A DNA stretch of 64,000 bases from Candidatus Methanomethylicia archaeon. GTDB taxonomy: Archaea > Thermoproteota > Methanomethylicia > Culexarchaeales > Culexarchaeaceae. The notes under the pieces are model-generated. The model saw only the letters and a list, made by a program, of their open reading frames with translations. It did not search any database and had not been told where the DNA came from. Both the position numbers and the translations under genes were made by a program. This document shows positions 1-10,872 of the stretch, piece by piece (positions within the stretch are counted from its first letter, which is position 1; each line of letters opens with the position of its first letter). The stretch lies in contig JAVYVS010000003.1 in the NCBI GenBank assembly GCA_038727515.1, positions 152,345-216,344 on the forward strand, read 5' to 3'.

Positions 1-121
1 TTCCAAGATCTCTTATTTCATCTACCCATCCAAATATTACAATAGGTTTCCCATCTCTATCCTTTGTGACATCATTTGTGTAATGTGTTTTCCTCCAATT
101 CTCTAAATCATCTAACCTCAT
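1..121 (-). CDS. aspS: aspartate--tRNA ligase, N-terminal fragment (runs off window)
   Basis: Manual translation MRLDDLENWRKTHYTNDVTKDRDGKPIVIFGWVDEIRDLG matches the AspRS OB-fold start (RTHY...GWV..IRDLG). Confidence 0.85.
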   Translation of the reverse strand, partial: MRLDDLENWRKTHYTNDVTKDRDGKPIVIFGWVDEIRDLG

Positions 122-142
122 ATCAATCACACATATGTATAA

Positions 143-646
143 CTATTCCTGTACTATACGAATAACTTCTTTTGTAAACTTTGATAATACTTTTTCTATG
201 ATTTCTTTATTCATTCCAAGTTTAATTAGTTCCGACTTAGGTATTTTAATATAATTTTCGCAAGTTCCATCTGGAAGCCAAAGGGTATTTACACTTTTAA
301 CCTTTATAGGTGAAAGTATCTGCTCTGCCAATTGACGTATACTAGCTGCTTTTTCTATTACTTTAACGTTTTTATTAAGTTTATCCTTTATCTTTAGTGC
401 AATTTTGTTCCAAGTTGATTTAGATAACCTACCACTACTTTTAACTAATATCATTATAGTATCATCTACAGCCATAGCTTTATAAAAAGTAGCGTCTTTT
501 AATTCTGGAAATTTACTTTCCAACTCTAGTAGTATTTTACTTATTTCGATGTCAAGTTCATCTATTTCTCCAGAATCTAATTTATTTTGACAACTTTTAC
601 ATAAAATTCCACTTTTTATACAGATTAAACATAAGGGCAAATTCAA
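143..646 (-). CDS. archaeal NusA-like KH protein with N-terminal Cys cluster (NusA2 type)
   Basis: CxxCxKSGILCxxC N-terminus followed by KH-like domain with 'VNTLWLPDG'. Confidence 0.7.
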   Translation of the reverse strand: MNLPLCLICIKSGILCKSCQNKLDSGEIDELDIEISKILLELESKFPELKDATFYKAMAVDDTIMILVKSSGRLSKSTWNKIALKIKDKLNKNVKVIEKAASIRQLAEQILSPIKVKSVNTLWLPDGTCENYIKIPKSELIKLGMNKEIIEKVLSKFTKEVIRIVQE

Positions 647-806
647 AAGCAGCTCCTCCGCGTAAACTAATCAACTAAGTTTAAATAGTTTTAAAATATA
701 TGTGTTTTCATCATTTGTTATATAATTGTGAAAATGAAAAGATTAAAATATGCAAACTTTCATGTATTATCAAAAGGTGTTTGACTTTAATAAAATGGTG
801 AAAAAA

Positions 807-1289
807 ATGGCGAGCAAGAAACAAAATGAAATTTTCCTCACAGAAAAACAATTTAAAATGTTATCAAAACTATATGAAAATTCTAGAGAAATAAATGTGA
901 GAAGCATATATAAATCCCAAAGTGAACTAGCTAATGAACTTGGAATAACAAGACAAGCTTTAAGCATCCATTTGAGAAAATTAAAGGAAAATGGTCTAAT
1001 AAGAACTGGAAGAGGGTTCATAGATTTAACCGAAAAAGCACTAAAGATTCTTGAAGAAACTACTAGTGATTCATTCGTAATGATTAAAGTACAGCCGCAA
1101 AAAAGAAATCAAGTGTATGAACAGATGACTCGTATACCATATTTAAAAAGTGCATATAGAGTGACTGGTGAAATAGATATTATAGCTGTCGTAAAACAAT
1201 CAGTTCTTGATGACTTCCTTAAAGAAATATCAAAGATAGATGGTATAATACTTACTTCTACACATGTGGTGATAACAAAAATAAAGTAA
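807..1289 (+). CDS. Lrp/AsnC family transcriptional regulator
   Basis: wHTH (SQSELANELGITRQALSIHLRKL) plus AsnC ligand domain (VTGEIDII); start chosen after GGTGA SD. Confidence 0.85.
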   Translation: MASKKQNEIFLTEKQFKMLSKLYENSREINVRSIYKSQSELANELGITRQALSIHLRKLKENGLIRTGRGFIDLTEKALKILEETTSDSFVMIKVQPQKRNQVYEQMTRIPYLKSAYRVTGEIDIIAVVKQSVLDDFLKEISKIDGIILTSTHVVITKIK

Positions 1290-1381
1290 TGGAATAAAAG
1301 TTACTACTTTTAAAACAGTATAAATGGAAAGAACAAAAATTTTATTTCAATGTAACATTTTAAAAAGTTGGGTGTTGCAAT

Positions 1382-1543
1382 ATGCCTTTACAGGACCAGG
1401 AGGCCTTAAAAATAGCACAACAAAAAAGACTCTTTTTCATGATATGTAGGGAGTGTGGTGCTAGAAACCCGCCTTATGCTACAAAATGTAGACGATGTAG
1501 AAGAAAGAATTTAAGATGGAAAAAACGTGAAAAGTCTAAATAA
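1382..1543 (+). CDS. rpl40e: 50S ribosomal protein L40e
   Basis: Not in ORF track; MPLQDQEALKIAQQKRLFFMICRECGARNPPYATKCRRCRRKNLRWKKREKSK carries the L40e Zn-ribbon. Confidence 0.95.
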   Translation: MPLQDQEALKIAQQKRLFFMICRECGARNPPYATKCRRCRRKNLRWKKREKSK

Positions 1544-1556
1544 GAATCCTATTTAT

Positions 1557-1630
1557 GGGCGGGTCGTCTAGTTGGTTAGGATGTCGCCCTCACACGGCGG
1601 TGGTCGTGGGTTCAAATCCCACCCCGCCCA
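1557..1630 (+). tRNA. tRNA-Val(CAC)
   Basis: Acceptor GGGCGGG/CCCGCCC, anticodon loop CT-CAC-AC, T-loop GTTCAAATC; CCA not encoded. Confidence 0.95.
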
Positions 1631-1682
1631 TATACCTCTTCTCCAAAGAAAAACTTGAAGCAAAAATAATTAGAGCTTATAT

Positions 1683-2942
1683 TTATAATGGTATTTCTTC
1701 CCCGACCTCTGGTATGATGACCTGTTCAGCTAATTTTTCCTCTTCAAGGATTTCTTTAAATTGTTCTAGTTTTTTCTTTTCACCATGTACTAATATTACC
1801 CTTTTTGCGTTAATTGATTTTATCACATTCACCAACTCTTTATTACCACAATGCGATGAAAAATCAAAATATTTAACTTTTGCACTTATTTTCTCAACAT
1901 TCTTACCAAAGTTATATTCACCGCTTTTAATTAACATAGCTCCAGGAGTATCTTCAACCTGATATGACACAAGAAATATTGCGTTTCTCTCTTCTTTAGC
2001 TATCTTCTTTACATAAAATCGTACTATACCACCTTTAAGCATACCAGCAGGAGCTATTATAACTCCAGATTCCTTACATATTTTCCGACGTTTAGACCAA
2101 CTATCCACCCATGTGGCTTTTTTAAGCGCATCAGATAAAAGTTTATAATCTCTAAAGTATTGAGGATGATCAAGGAAGATGGTACTTGCAGTTTTAGCCA
2201 TACCATCAATAAAAATTCTATCTCTAATTCCGTGATGATATAATACACAAAGTATTTCTTGGGATCTTCCAACAGAAAATGCAGGTATAACTACGGTTCC
2301 ATTACTATTTATAACTTCATGAATGGAATTTATAAAGTTGGCTTCAACAATCGATCTTTCTTCATGATCAACCGTCGCATAGGTTCCTTCCATAATTATA
2401 ACATCTATATCTGGAAAATTTATCTTCGCCCCATGTAACATCTTTGTATCAATAGTGTTAAAATCTCCAGTATAGAGAATCTTTTTACCATAAGCCCTTA
2501 TTAAAAACATTACACTTCCGGGAACATGTCCAGCATTCAATACATATATGTTCAAATCTTTTATTCTTAATTCATCTCCAATTTCTATGGGTTCAATGGA
2601 TTTAAGCATATAGTTAAGTTCTAAAAATTCATAAGGCAAGTAGTATGAGGATATTTTTATTAAATCCTTTATAAGTAGGTTGGTTATCTCTCCAGTAAGC
2701 TTTGTGGTTAATAATTTTGGTTTTGAAGATGCATAAAATAGGGGAATGCCACCAGAATGATCCAAATGCGCATGAGTTAATAATATTGCATTTAAATCCC
2801 TACTTGAAACAGGTAAAGGAAACTTTGGTTCATCTCTGTGAATCAAAACACCATAATCTAACAATAGTTTAGAGTTATCGGTACTTAGTTTTATTGCGGA
2901 TCTTCCTATTTCCATGGCTGCGCCAAGCACCTCTATTTTCAT
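1683..2942 (-). CDS. beta-CASP metallo-beta-lactamase ribonuclease (aCPSF2-like)
   Basis: THAHLDHSG, AGHVPGS, YTGD, FSSH and VHGE motifs; no KH domains. Confidence 0.9.
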   Translation of the reverse strand: MKIEVLGAAMEIGRSAIKLSTDNSKLLLDYGVLIHRDEPKFPLPVSSRDLNAILLTHAHLDHSGGIPLFYASSKPKLLTTKLTGEITNLLIKDLIKISSYYLPYEFLELNYMLKSIEPIEIGDELRIKDLNIYVLNAGHVPGSVMFLIRAYGKKILYTGDFNTIDTKMLHGAKINFPDIDVIIMEGTYATVDHEERSIVEANFINSIHEVINSNGTVVIPAFSVGRSQEILCVLYHHGIRDRIFIDGMAKTASTIFLDHPQYFRDYKLLSDALKKATWVDSWSKRRKICKESGVIIAPAGMLKGGIVRFYVKKIAKEERNAIFLVSYQVEDTPGAMLIKSGEYNFGKNVEKISAKVKYFDFSSHCGNKELVNVIKSINAKRVILVHGEKKKLEQFKEILEEEKLAEQVIIPEVGEEIPL

Positions 2943-3023
2943 GATTTACCAACCCAAGACTATTGTATGGGTACAATTATTAGGAAATCTCAAATATAAT
3001 TTTTACTTTAGAGTAGTGAAAAG

Positions 3024-4619
3024 TTATTGTTTAATTTTTTCTAGAATAATTTTAAATTGTGGAAATTTTTTAAATATTAAACTTATTTTGATACCTTTAT
3101 ATTTGAGTAACCTAATTAGTTTCTTTAGTGAAGATTTAGTCATATAATTGCTATTGAAAATTAGTATCACTTTGTTATAATTTCCTTTTTCGATAAGTAT
3201 TTTTAAGGCATGGAGTATTACCTTTTCAGATTCTTTATCTACAATATCAGGTTTTTCATACTGCGAAAGAGGATAAACCTCAAGAAGTTCTATTGGTATT
3301 ATACCAAAAGGAAATCCATAAATACATATGTGAATCTTATAGAATAGATCATTATATAATAAAAGTTTGTCTAATAGATATTTTGCATATTTCCGATATT
3401 CCGTATTTTCTGGTATGAGTATAAGTATATTTTTTTCAGTAAAAGAAACATTTTCCTTTAATCTTAAAAGATGTCTTGTAATTTCAGGTCGTGCAAGGCA
3501 GTGAGAAGAATTACAAAAAATGCCCCTAACTACACTTTTTGTTAATGGATCATTTTTTTCAATAAACTTTTTATATTTTTTAAACTTGATCAATAAGTTA
3601 AATAGTTTAGGATGCGCTTTTGATCTTACTTCCATAAGCTCCCATAAGCGTCCTTCATAGATCGCTTGTTTTATTGAATTTATTTCAGTTGTGATAACCC
3701 ATAAGTTATGTTTTGCTAGTAGTACTTCACGATCCTTTTTATTAATTTCAATTAAATCTTTAACATCATACTTCCTACAAACATCACATGAACAAGGCAA
3801 ATACTTTAAGTTTGAGAACTTTACAGTACCATATGGGGTCATATATCTATCATCTTTTGCAAATAGAGCATAAGATGCTGAATCAAATGTATCGCATCCT
3901 AATGCCACTAAGAAGGAAAATAATATTGGATGTCCAGCTCCAAAAATGTGCAGTGGTTTATTTGCTGGCAAAGATAGTTTGATGGTCATAATAATATCAA
4001 TTAACTTATCAAAATCATAACTTTTCATATATTGTGTTAATCCTCCGATAGCATACATTTGGAAAAAGGGCATTTCACTTATCTTTATTGCACATTTTTT
4101 AACTAATTCAAGATATTTCCCTCCCTGTATGGGGCCAACCCAAATGATGTCGTCCCTAGTTTTCTTATTTCCTAGCATCATAGCATTGTTTATAGTTGCA
4201 ATCACAGATTTCTCAGCTTCAAGTCGTGTATAACTTTTTAACGTAGGTACATCAAGAATTACAGAGATATCACTATTTATTTTCTCCTGCAATTCTATTA
4301 CTTCTTCAGGGGTAATAGATATTTTTCCATATTCCAGCATTTGGTAAGCACCAGAATCAGTCATTATAACACCATCAAAGTTCAGTAAAGTATGAACATC
4401 ATTAAAATGCAATTTACCTTTTTCTACAGCCTGTTTAATTAAATAAATATTTGTTATTAATTGGTTAATTTTAAAATCCTTCTTCATATCATTAGGGCTG
4501 ATGATATTTTTTACTGGATCTACTACGGGAAAAACTGTAGGTGTATGAACAATTCCACTTTTAGTTTTTATTGTACCTATTCTACCAACTAAGTCCCTAT
4601 CTATTATTTCGAAGGACAT
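3024..4619 (-). CDS. tgtA: archaeosine tRNA-guanine(15) transglycosylase
   Basis: MTDSGAYQ, GPIQGG, HIFGAGHP, DTFDSASY, CxCxxC...HN Zn site; no obvious C-terminal PUA. Confidence 0.93.
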   Translation of the reverse strand: MSFEIIDRDLVGRIGTIKTKSGIVHTPTVFPVVDPVKNIISPNDMKKDFKINQLITNIYLIKQAVEKGKLHFNDVHTLLNFDGVIMTDSGAYQMLEYGKISITPEEVIELQEKINSDISVILDVPTLKSYTRLEAEKSVIATINNAMMLGNKKTRDDIIWVGPIQGGKYLELVKKCAIKISEMPFFQMYAIGGLTQYMKSYDFDKLIDIIMTIKLSLPANKPLHIFGAGHPILFSFLVALGCDTFDSASYALFAKDDRYMTPYGTVKFSNLKYLPCSCDVCRKYDVKDLIEINKKDREVLLAKHNLWVITTEINSIKQAIYEGRLWELMEVRSKAHPKLFNLLIKFKKYKKFIEKNDPLTKSVVRGIFCNSSHCLARPEITRHLLRLKENVSFTEKNILILIPENTEYRKYAKYLLDKLLLYNDLFYKIHICIYGFPFGIIPIELLEVYPLSQYEKPDIVDKESEKVILHALKILIEKGNYNKVILIFNSNYMTKSSLKKLIRLLKYKGIKISLIFKKFPQFKIILEKIKQ

Positions 4620-5065
4620 TAAGTTTCACTTTGTTGCTTCTTCTCCTGCATAAACTGCTCATATATTTTCTTTACACGTTCTGCTATAGGACCACTGCCT
4701 TCAATCGTTCCATCCTCAGTTATTCGAACTTTATCCATAACTATTATGACACCAGCATCTTCGATCATAACGACATTATTTGGAAAAACTTTCTCCAACC
4801 TTTGAGCAAATCCTTTTAAATCAAACGGTTCTTCTTCTCTAACTATTTCTGATATAACCTCCCCCTTTATTAGTATCCTTGTATAGTGATTATTATCATC
4901 ATCCTTTGCATTGGATAGAAACAAATTTAGTGTGTTTGGATCATATCCTATAAGCTTTCCTCTAAACTTCTTGTTGTAGATAGTTTTGACGCTTATTTCT
5001 TTGTCTAGTAATGATGCAAGTTCTTTCATATATCTTGCCATACTTGGAGTACTAATACTGCTCAT
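4619..5065 (-). CDS. Sm-like protein with C-terminal extension (SmAP3)
   Basis: Sm fold (GKLIGYD..LNLFL) plus C-terminal domain FDLKGFAQRLE...GSGPIAERV. Confidence 0.85.
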   Translation of the reverse strand: MSSISTPSMARYMKELASLLDKEISVKTIYNKKFRGKLIGYDPNTLNLFLSNAKDDDNNHYTRILIKGEVISEIVREEEPFDLKGFAQRLEKVFPNNVVMIEDAGVIIVMDKVRITEDGTIEGSGPIAERVKKIYEQFMQEKKQQSET

Positions 5066-5277
5066 TATGATTCCTCCATAGATAATCGTTTTATAGGTGG
5101 TTTATTTATTTTATTTTCTAACATAAAAACATATACGTGTTTCAAAATACTTTCATAAGAGGGTATTACAAACCAATTTGTTAAAATACATATATATTAT
5201 GTTTAAAAGTAATATTAATATAGTTAAATGTATAATATTGTAGAAAAAAATTTATTAAATAATAAAAAAATATAATT

Positions 5278-6297
5278 TTGAAGAAAATGAATAATTCAGA
5301 ATTATCATTAAAATGTAAAGAATGCGGAGGTAAATTAGTTGTTTCAGAATATGGGGAAGTCGTATGTTCCGAATGCGGATTAGTTCATGAAAAAGTGTAC
5401 TTACAACCATTATTTGAAATAGAACCATTATCAGATTTTTCTGCTATAGAGAAACTCTATGTAAGTCCTGATGGAAAACCCTTAAGGGTGGAAGGATTAG
5501 GGTCTACGTTTATAAAAGTAAAAGGAAAATTTAGGGATGTTAGAGGAAAAGACATTGAAAATCCGCATTTTTTAAAACTTAAAAAAATAGATGCGATATA
5601 CGTTAAAAGCAGATGTAAAGGTTTAGATGCTTCATTATCATTACGTAGAGTATGTTCAATATTAAATATACCTAAAAATGTTTATGAGAGAGCAAGCTAT
5701 ATTTATGGAAAAATATTAAACGTAAATAAATATTTCGGAACATCGTATCAGCTTACAGCAGCAGCATTGCTAATCGCATCAAGGGAACTAAAACATCCAT
5801 TAACATTACGAGATTTAATATCTATTTATCGTAAGTTAGGCCATAAAATATCGGCAAAATCCATAATGCGAATAGTATCGAGTATATCAACTGAATTATC
5901 TATAAAAAAGGTTTTAAGAACCCCTAAAGATTATCTCTTACACATAATTAATAAATTGAAGGCTAATGATATAATAAATAGAAAAATAATTTATTTTACT
6001 GGTAAGAGTCCTGAGGAGTATTATACTGAGTTAATTAACTATTCTAGTAAGATTTACGAATTAATTGACGAAAGATTTAGAATTGGGAAAAATCCATATC
6101 TTTTAGCTACCTCAATAGTATATGTTGCAGATAAAGTTCTTTGTAGAGAAAAGGGGTATTACCAACCAGTTTTATCTCAAAAATTGGTTGCAGAAACTGT
6201 TGGATCTACAGAATACACCATTAGACAACATTGTAAATACCTAGACAAAGTAGTAAACAATACATTTAATGATAGAAGAAATGAAACAATAGCCTAG
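5278..6297 (+). CDS. divergent transcription factor B (TFIIB) paralogue
   Basis: N-terminal Zn ribbon CKECG...GEVVCSECG; two cyclin-like repeats; C-terminal SQKLVAETVGSTEYTIR HTH. Confidence 0.8.
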   Translation: MKKMNNSELSLKCKECGGKLVVSEYGEVVCSECGLVHEKVYLQPLFEIEPLSDFSAIEKLYVSPDGKPLRVEGLGSTFIKVKGKFRDVRGKDIENPHFLKLKKIDAIYVKSRCKGLDASLSLRRVCSILNIPKNVYERASYIYGKILNVNKYFGTSYQLTAAALLIASRELKHPLTLRDLISIYRKLGHKISAKSIMRIVSSISTELSIKKVLRTPKDYLLHIINKLKANDIINRKIIYFTGKSPEEYYTELINYSSKIYELIDERFRIGKNPYLLATSIVYVADKVLCREKGYYQPVLSQKLVAETVGSTEYTIRQHCKYLDKVVNNTFNDRRNETIA

Positions 6298-6340
6298 TAC
6301 TAGTATTAAAATATCAAATTCAAAATTTTTATAAAGGGAA

Positions 6341-8353
6341 TTGGAAACTTTATTATCACCTCCAACAGTAATTTATACAAATGATAACAGTGTATTAATA
6401 AAATACAATTACAAAATATACAATGGGAATCTGAATCTAATGTATACGTCAAAAGATGTTAACTTTAGTTATTTAACTTTAGTAATAATTTCTTTAATAC
6501 CAACATTCATTAATAAATTAAAGAAAATTGAACTGAAAGGCATAGAGAAAAATCTTGAAAAGACCATCATAAAGTATGTTAGTTTACTATCGAACTTAAG
6601 ATTTTTAAATAAAGAAATCACGTATTTGATTTCACGTAGTATAGATTGTGAAAATAAAATCTTGAAGGAAATGCTTCAATTATATCCGGAAGTTGGTTTT
6701 TCATATAAACCTCCCCTTAAATATGAAGAAATAAACAAAATAAAAGCGGTAACGAAAAAACTACCAGTAAATATTGGGAAGATGTTATCAAATCTATTAT
6801 TTTATTCAAAGATATTCAATGAATCACTAATGACTATAGAAGGCAACAATTATAAATGGGATGCAAAAGTGGTTAGCACTTATGAAAAATGCCATAAAGA
6901 AGAAGGATATCCAATAAATATATTCTATATTAGCAAACTTGTTGACGAGAAAAAATCAAAGATATATTATCATGTCGACATAGATAAATCATTAATAAGA
7001 TTAATACCAACATTATGGCTTTTAACTACATATTTGGAGATCAATATACCAAGGGAAGAATTAATCTTCGGACCAGGTTTTTTGGATAAAATAATAGAAA
7101 ATAGGATCAATGCCGCAAAAAACTTTTTAAATGAATATTTAGTAGAGGTACCAGTAAATTTCTTTGAAAAGATATCTATTGCATCAACCTTTGCATCTTT
7201 AGGCTTATTAAAGTTAGCACCATTTCTATTAGATCAGAATATTGAAGAAGTATACATAGATGCACCTCAAAGGAATATCTATTTAGATCATAGTGAATGG
7301 GGGAGATGTGAAACTAACTTGTCATTAAACGAAGAAGATATTGAACGTTTTGCTACGTTTTTGAAGGTTGAAAGTGGGTTACAATTAGATCATGGTTCTC
7401 CCTCGCTTAAAACAGATATAAATACTAATCTATTTAAATTAAGGGTCTCTATCGATGCGTACCCATTAATAGATGAAAAATATTCATTAGTAATTAGAAA
7501 GTTTCGAAATAGACCTCTAACAATAATTGATTTAATAAATAACGGCACAATTACTGTTGATGCAGCAACTTATCTCTTGATATCGCTAGCTCATAGATGC
7601 AATATCTTAGTTGTCGGGGAACCTTCATCTGGAAAAACAACATTAATAAATGCATTAGATATTATGACTCCATCCTATTGGAGGAAAATATCTATAGAAG
7701 AAGTTATTGAGAGTTTAAATTTAGCAAAATATGGGAAACATCAAGTGAGATATCGAGTAGATCCATTTGAAAAAGATATAAGTAATAAAAAGAGAACTGT
7801 AGAAACCATTAAGTTACTTCATCGATCGCCAAATTACATATTTTTTGGAGAACTTTTGACTCAAAAAAATGTTTCTATTTTCCTCCAATCATTAGAAGCA
7901 GGATTACATGGGATTCAAACAACGCATGCTGCATCACCTGAATCACTAATAAGAAAATGGATTCTACATTACAAGATACCCATTCAATCATTAGAACATA
8001 TAAACGTGATAGTACACATGAAAAGAGAGATTTCATATAATACAAATAGAAGGTTTGTATATAGGATTGTTGAACCGATATTAGATTTTGAAAAAGAAAA
8101 GTACCACGTAAAATTAATAGATCTATTTGTTTATGATGGAAGCGAAAGAAAATTGATTTTATTGAAAGACATCAAAGAATCAAATGTTTTTAAGAAGATA
8201 TCTAAAGAAGAAAATATTCCTATTGAAGAACTTAACCGAGAATTCGCAGAATGTAAAAAGCTTTTAATTAAATTAATGAATAGTGAAAGTGATTTAATTG
8301 ACTTAAGCCATTTACTTGATAAAATTATCTTCGAAAATAGGGACATTAAATGA
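6341..8353 (+). CDS. type IV pilus/Tad secretion ATPase (CpaF/FlaI/VirB11 family)
   Basis: IEEVYID, IRKF, Walker A GEPSSGKTT, FFGE, His box TTHA. Confidence 0.88.
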   Translation: METLLSPPTVIYTNDNSVLIKYNYKIYNGNLNLMYTSKDVNFSYLTLVIISLIPTFINKLKKIELKGIEKNLEKTIIKYVSLLSNLRFLNKEITYLISRSIDCENKILKEMLQLYPEVGFSYKPPLKYEEINKIKAVTKKLPVNIGKMLSNLLFYSKIFNESLMTIEGNNYKWDAKVVSTYEKCHKEEGYPINIFYISKLVDEKKSKIYYHVDIDKSLIRLIPTLWLLTTYLEINIPREELIFGPGFLDKIIENRINAAKNFLNEYLVEVPVNFFEKISIASTFASLGLLKLAPFLLDQNIEEVYIDAPQRNIYLDHSEWGRCETNLSLNEEDIERFATFLKVESGLQLDHGSPSLKTDINTNLFKLRVSIDAYPLIDEKYSLVIRKFRNRPLTIIDLINNGTITVDAATYLLISLAHRCNILVVGEPSSGKTTLINALDIMTPSYWRKISIEEVIESLNLAKYGKHQVRYRVDPFEKDISNKKRTVETIKLLHRSPNYIFFGELLTQKNVSIFLQSLEAGLHGIQTTHAASPESLIRKWILHYKIPIQSLEHINVIVHMKREISYNTNRRFVYRIVEPILDFEKEKYHVKLIDLFVYDGSERKLILLKDIKESNVFKKISKEENIPIEELNREFAECKKLLIKLMNSESDLIDLSHLLDKIIFENRDIK

Positions 8354-9174
8354 GACTATTTAATATAATTTCATCTATTCGCATACCGTTATTAAGTAGA
8401 ATAATATGCAAATTGATATCAGAGCAATTTCGTAGTGCTGCCAATTACTTGATTTACAAGTATGAAAAAGACGACATTTTACCCGAAGATATTTACATAA
8501 ATATAATCGTATTTGCATGTATAATTTCAATAATAATTTCATGTGTAATTTCTTTAATTTTTGTAAAAAATTTATTTATATCTCCTTCAATTTTCATATT
8601 TTTTCTACTACTCATGTATGTAATCCTTTATTATGGCATTGTTAGTGAGTATGAAAATGATAAATTAATTACTCATTTGTATTATTTCATGGCATTGAAA
8701 GATATGGCACTTGCATATAGTTCTACAAAATCCATTATTGAAGCAATAAGATTTGTTGTTTTAGGTGGATACCCAGTAATATCGGATATTTTGAAAAATA
8801 TTATTAAAAATATTGTAAACGGACTAGACCCTGAGAAAATATTGATTGAAAGTAATGTAATTATGGAATTCGACAAAAGTCTAGATTTACAATTGAGTAA
8901 ACTATTATCTGAAGTTAAGAAGGGAGAAAGTTTTTATCCACAACAGATTTCGATCATATATGATAAAACATTTGCAAAATTGGAAATATATTGCTTACTG
9001 TTATTATTTTTAGGATTTCTTCTTCCTATGATATCACTTTTTATCATTATGTCTATGAGAATTATAAACATAGAGATCGTACTATCATTCATTTTAATTC
9101 AAATAATTGTTTTAACTATTTTCTCAAAATTTTTACTTACAAAAATTTATTATTTGGTTGGTGTGAAAAGATGA
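8350..9174 (+). CDS. TadB/TadC-like pilus assembly membrane protein
   Basis: Multi-TM; overlaps the ATPase stop; T2SS-F-like cytoplasmic segment; assignment mainly from context. Confidence 0.6.
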   Translation: MRLFNIISSIRIPLLSRIICKLISEQFRSAANYLIYKYEKDDILPEDIYINIIVFACIISIIISCVISLIFVKNLFISPSIFIFFLLLMYVILYYGIVSEYENDKLITHLYYFMALKDMALAYSSTKSIIEAIRFVVLGGYPVISDILKNIIKNIVNGLDPEKILIESNVIMEFDKSLDLQLSKLLSEVKKGESFYPQQISIIYDKTFAKLEIYCLLLLFLGFLLPMISLFIIMSMRIINIEIVLSFILIQIIVLTIFSKFLLTKIYYLVGVKR

Positions 9175-9971
9175 TGCTATTATTTTCATTTCTTAATTAT
9201 ATTAGTTATAACATTTTAAACGTTAATATCCTATTTTTATTAGTTATAATAAGTGTATCATTGATTTTTATAGCAATTATTAAAACACGTTCAAAAAAGG
9301 TTAAAAGTTTAGACCGGTTATCAATAAAAACATATCTAGAAAGAGAAAGAGAATTTGAAAATTTTATAGCAAAATTTATAGAAAATTTAAAATTTATTAA
9401 AAGTCCAGAAGCGGCACTACTATACACTTCAAAAATATATAATGGAAAATTCAGTGATATTATTTTTCAAAATATTTCATTGGGATTATCTATAGGAGAA
9501 ATATTTAATAATTTAAGTAATTTCTTTCCTAGTAATAAGCGCGTATTAAATCTTTTTTCAAGATCTTTATCCTATGATACAACACGTTTTATTTCTATAT
9601 CGGATGATGTACTAAAATATATAAAAGAGACCATATACTTAAAGAACCAAATAGAAGCCTTACTCACGAAAGTACGAATAAAAATGACAGTTTTGTCTAT
9701 ATCATCATCAGCAACTTTAGCACTACTATCAAAAATTATACCGTTCATTTTGAATCTTATTATAATAGAAACGAACATAAGTATGTACTTTCCATTATTT
9801 AATGATTTATCTCTGGTTTCATTTTTATTGTTTCTTACTATTTCACTATATAACACATATATAGTTTCAAAGACGATATTTCATTCCCATTCTATTATTC
9901 TATCTATACTTTCATCGCTAATTTTCATATTTTTATATATCCTTACTCCAGAAGTAGGTGCAAGATTTTAA
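9171..9971 (+). CDS. second TadB/TadC-like membrane protein
   Basis: ATGA overlap with previous gene; multi-TM; 'SPEAAL' T2SS-F-like motif. Confidence 0.6.
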   Translation: MMLLFSFLNYISYNILNVNILFLLVIISVSLIFIAIIKTRSKKVKSLDRLSIKTYLEREREFENFIAKFIENLKFIKSPEAALLYTSKIYNGKFSDIIFQNISLGLSIGEIFNNLSNFFPSNKRVLNLFSRSLSYDTTRFISISDDVLKYIKETIYLKNQIEALLTKVRIKMTVLSISSSATLALLSKIIPFILNLIIIETNISMYFPLFNDLSLVSFLLFLTISLYNTYIVSKTIFHSHSIILSILSSLIFIFLYILTPEVGARF

Positions 9972-10003
9972 ATACTTAAAAAGTTATTGAAAATAAGGGA
10001 TTT

Positions 10004-10237
10004 ATGTTCTTCTCCTGTAATATAAATAAAAGGAGGAAAGGATCACCACTATTAGAAGAAGGTTTACTTATAGCGTTAGCAGTTATAACAATGTCAATAG
10101 TTTTTTCAATGATATTGGGAATATTGGATGGTGTACAAAAAATGATCCAAAATCTAGGGTTTAATACTCAAAATTTTGCTAATTCATTAAATGATATATG
10201 GAATAGAATAATTTCATTTTTAGGACTCGGAGGATGA
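10004..10237 (+). CDS. Flp-like type IV pilin
   Basis: Class III signal peptide KRRKG|SPLLE (E at +5) followed by hydrophobic helix; 77 aa; ends the pilus operon. Confidence 0.8.
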   Translation: MFFSCNINKRRKGSPLLEEGLLIALAVITMSIVFSMILGILDGVQKMIQNLGFNTQNFANSLNDIWNRIISFLGLGG

Positions 10238-10840
10238 AAATTTTGTTAAATATTCTTTTAGCATTCCTTCCCTTTCTAAAGTTTCAAACCAATTTATATA
10301 CTTGTTTTTACTAGTTTTCAAATTAGCGCAAAATAAAATATCCAAGATTTCCTTTACGATATCATCAGCTTCCTTGTTTGTAACATCTATTTCCACAACT
10401 TTATCAGCACCATAAGCTTCCAGAGCACTTATTAAACAGGCATCTAACATCTCAGCGAGCACATTTTCATATATCTTCTTTTTTTCCCATCCCTTCATTT
10501 CCAATACTTTTTCTAGTTTCAAAGGATGCATTCTTAATACAAAAGCTTTATAAACATATGGTGAAGGAATTATATCAGCATAATGTCCTTCTATAATTAC
10601 TAAAGATTTACTCTCGGATATTAATTCAATAATCCTTTTAAGTAAGAGATCAAGATTGGGTACGTAAGATTCTCTTACTTCATCAAAGGCAATCAATATT
10701 CTTTCTTCTATGACGATTTTTGATAGGTTTATATATTTCGCATTTAAGACTTTACTGAGCTTCTCACAAACTGTAGTTTTTCCTGTACCTGGGCATCCGT
10801 GAATTATTAATACCTTTTCTTGCATCATTACCACAAACAA
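10220..10840 (-). CDS. AK6/Fap7-type adenylate kinase
   Basis: GCPGTGKTT, IIEGH, KIYENVLAE motifs. Confidence 0.88.
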   Translation of the reverse strand: MFVVMMQEKVLIIHGCPGTGKTTVCEKLSKVLNAKYINLSKIVIEERILIAFDEVRESYVPNLDLLLKRIIELISESKSLVIIEGHYADIIPSPYVYKAFVLRMHPLKLEKVLEMKGWEKKKIYENVLAEMLDACLISALEAYGADKVVEIDVTNKEADDIVKEILDILFCANLKTSKNKYINWFETLEREGMLKEYLTKFSSSES

Positions 10841-10872
10841 TATTTAATGTAGTAAGCGTATATATAAAAAAT

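Noticed and set aside
1555-1962. 135-aa ORF
   Set aside because: Starts inside tRNA-Val and runs antisense to the beta-CASP gene.
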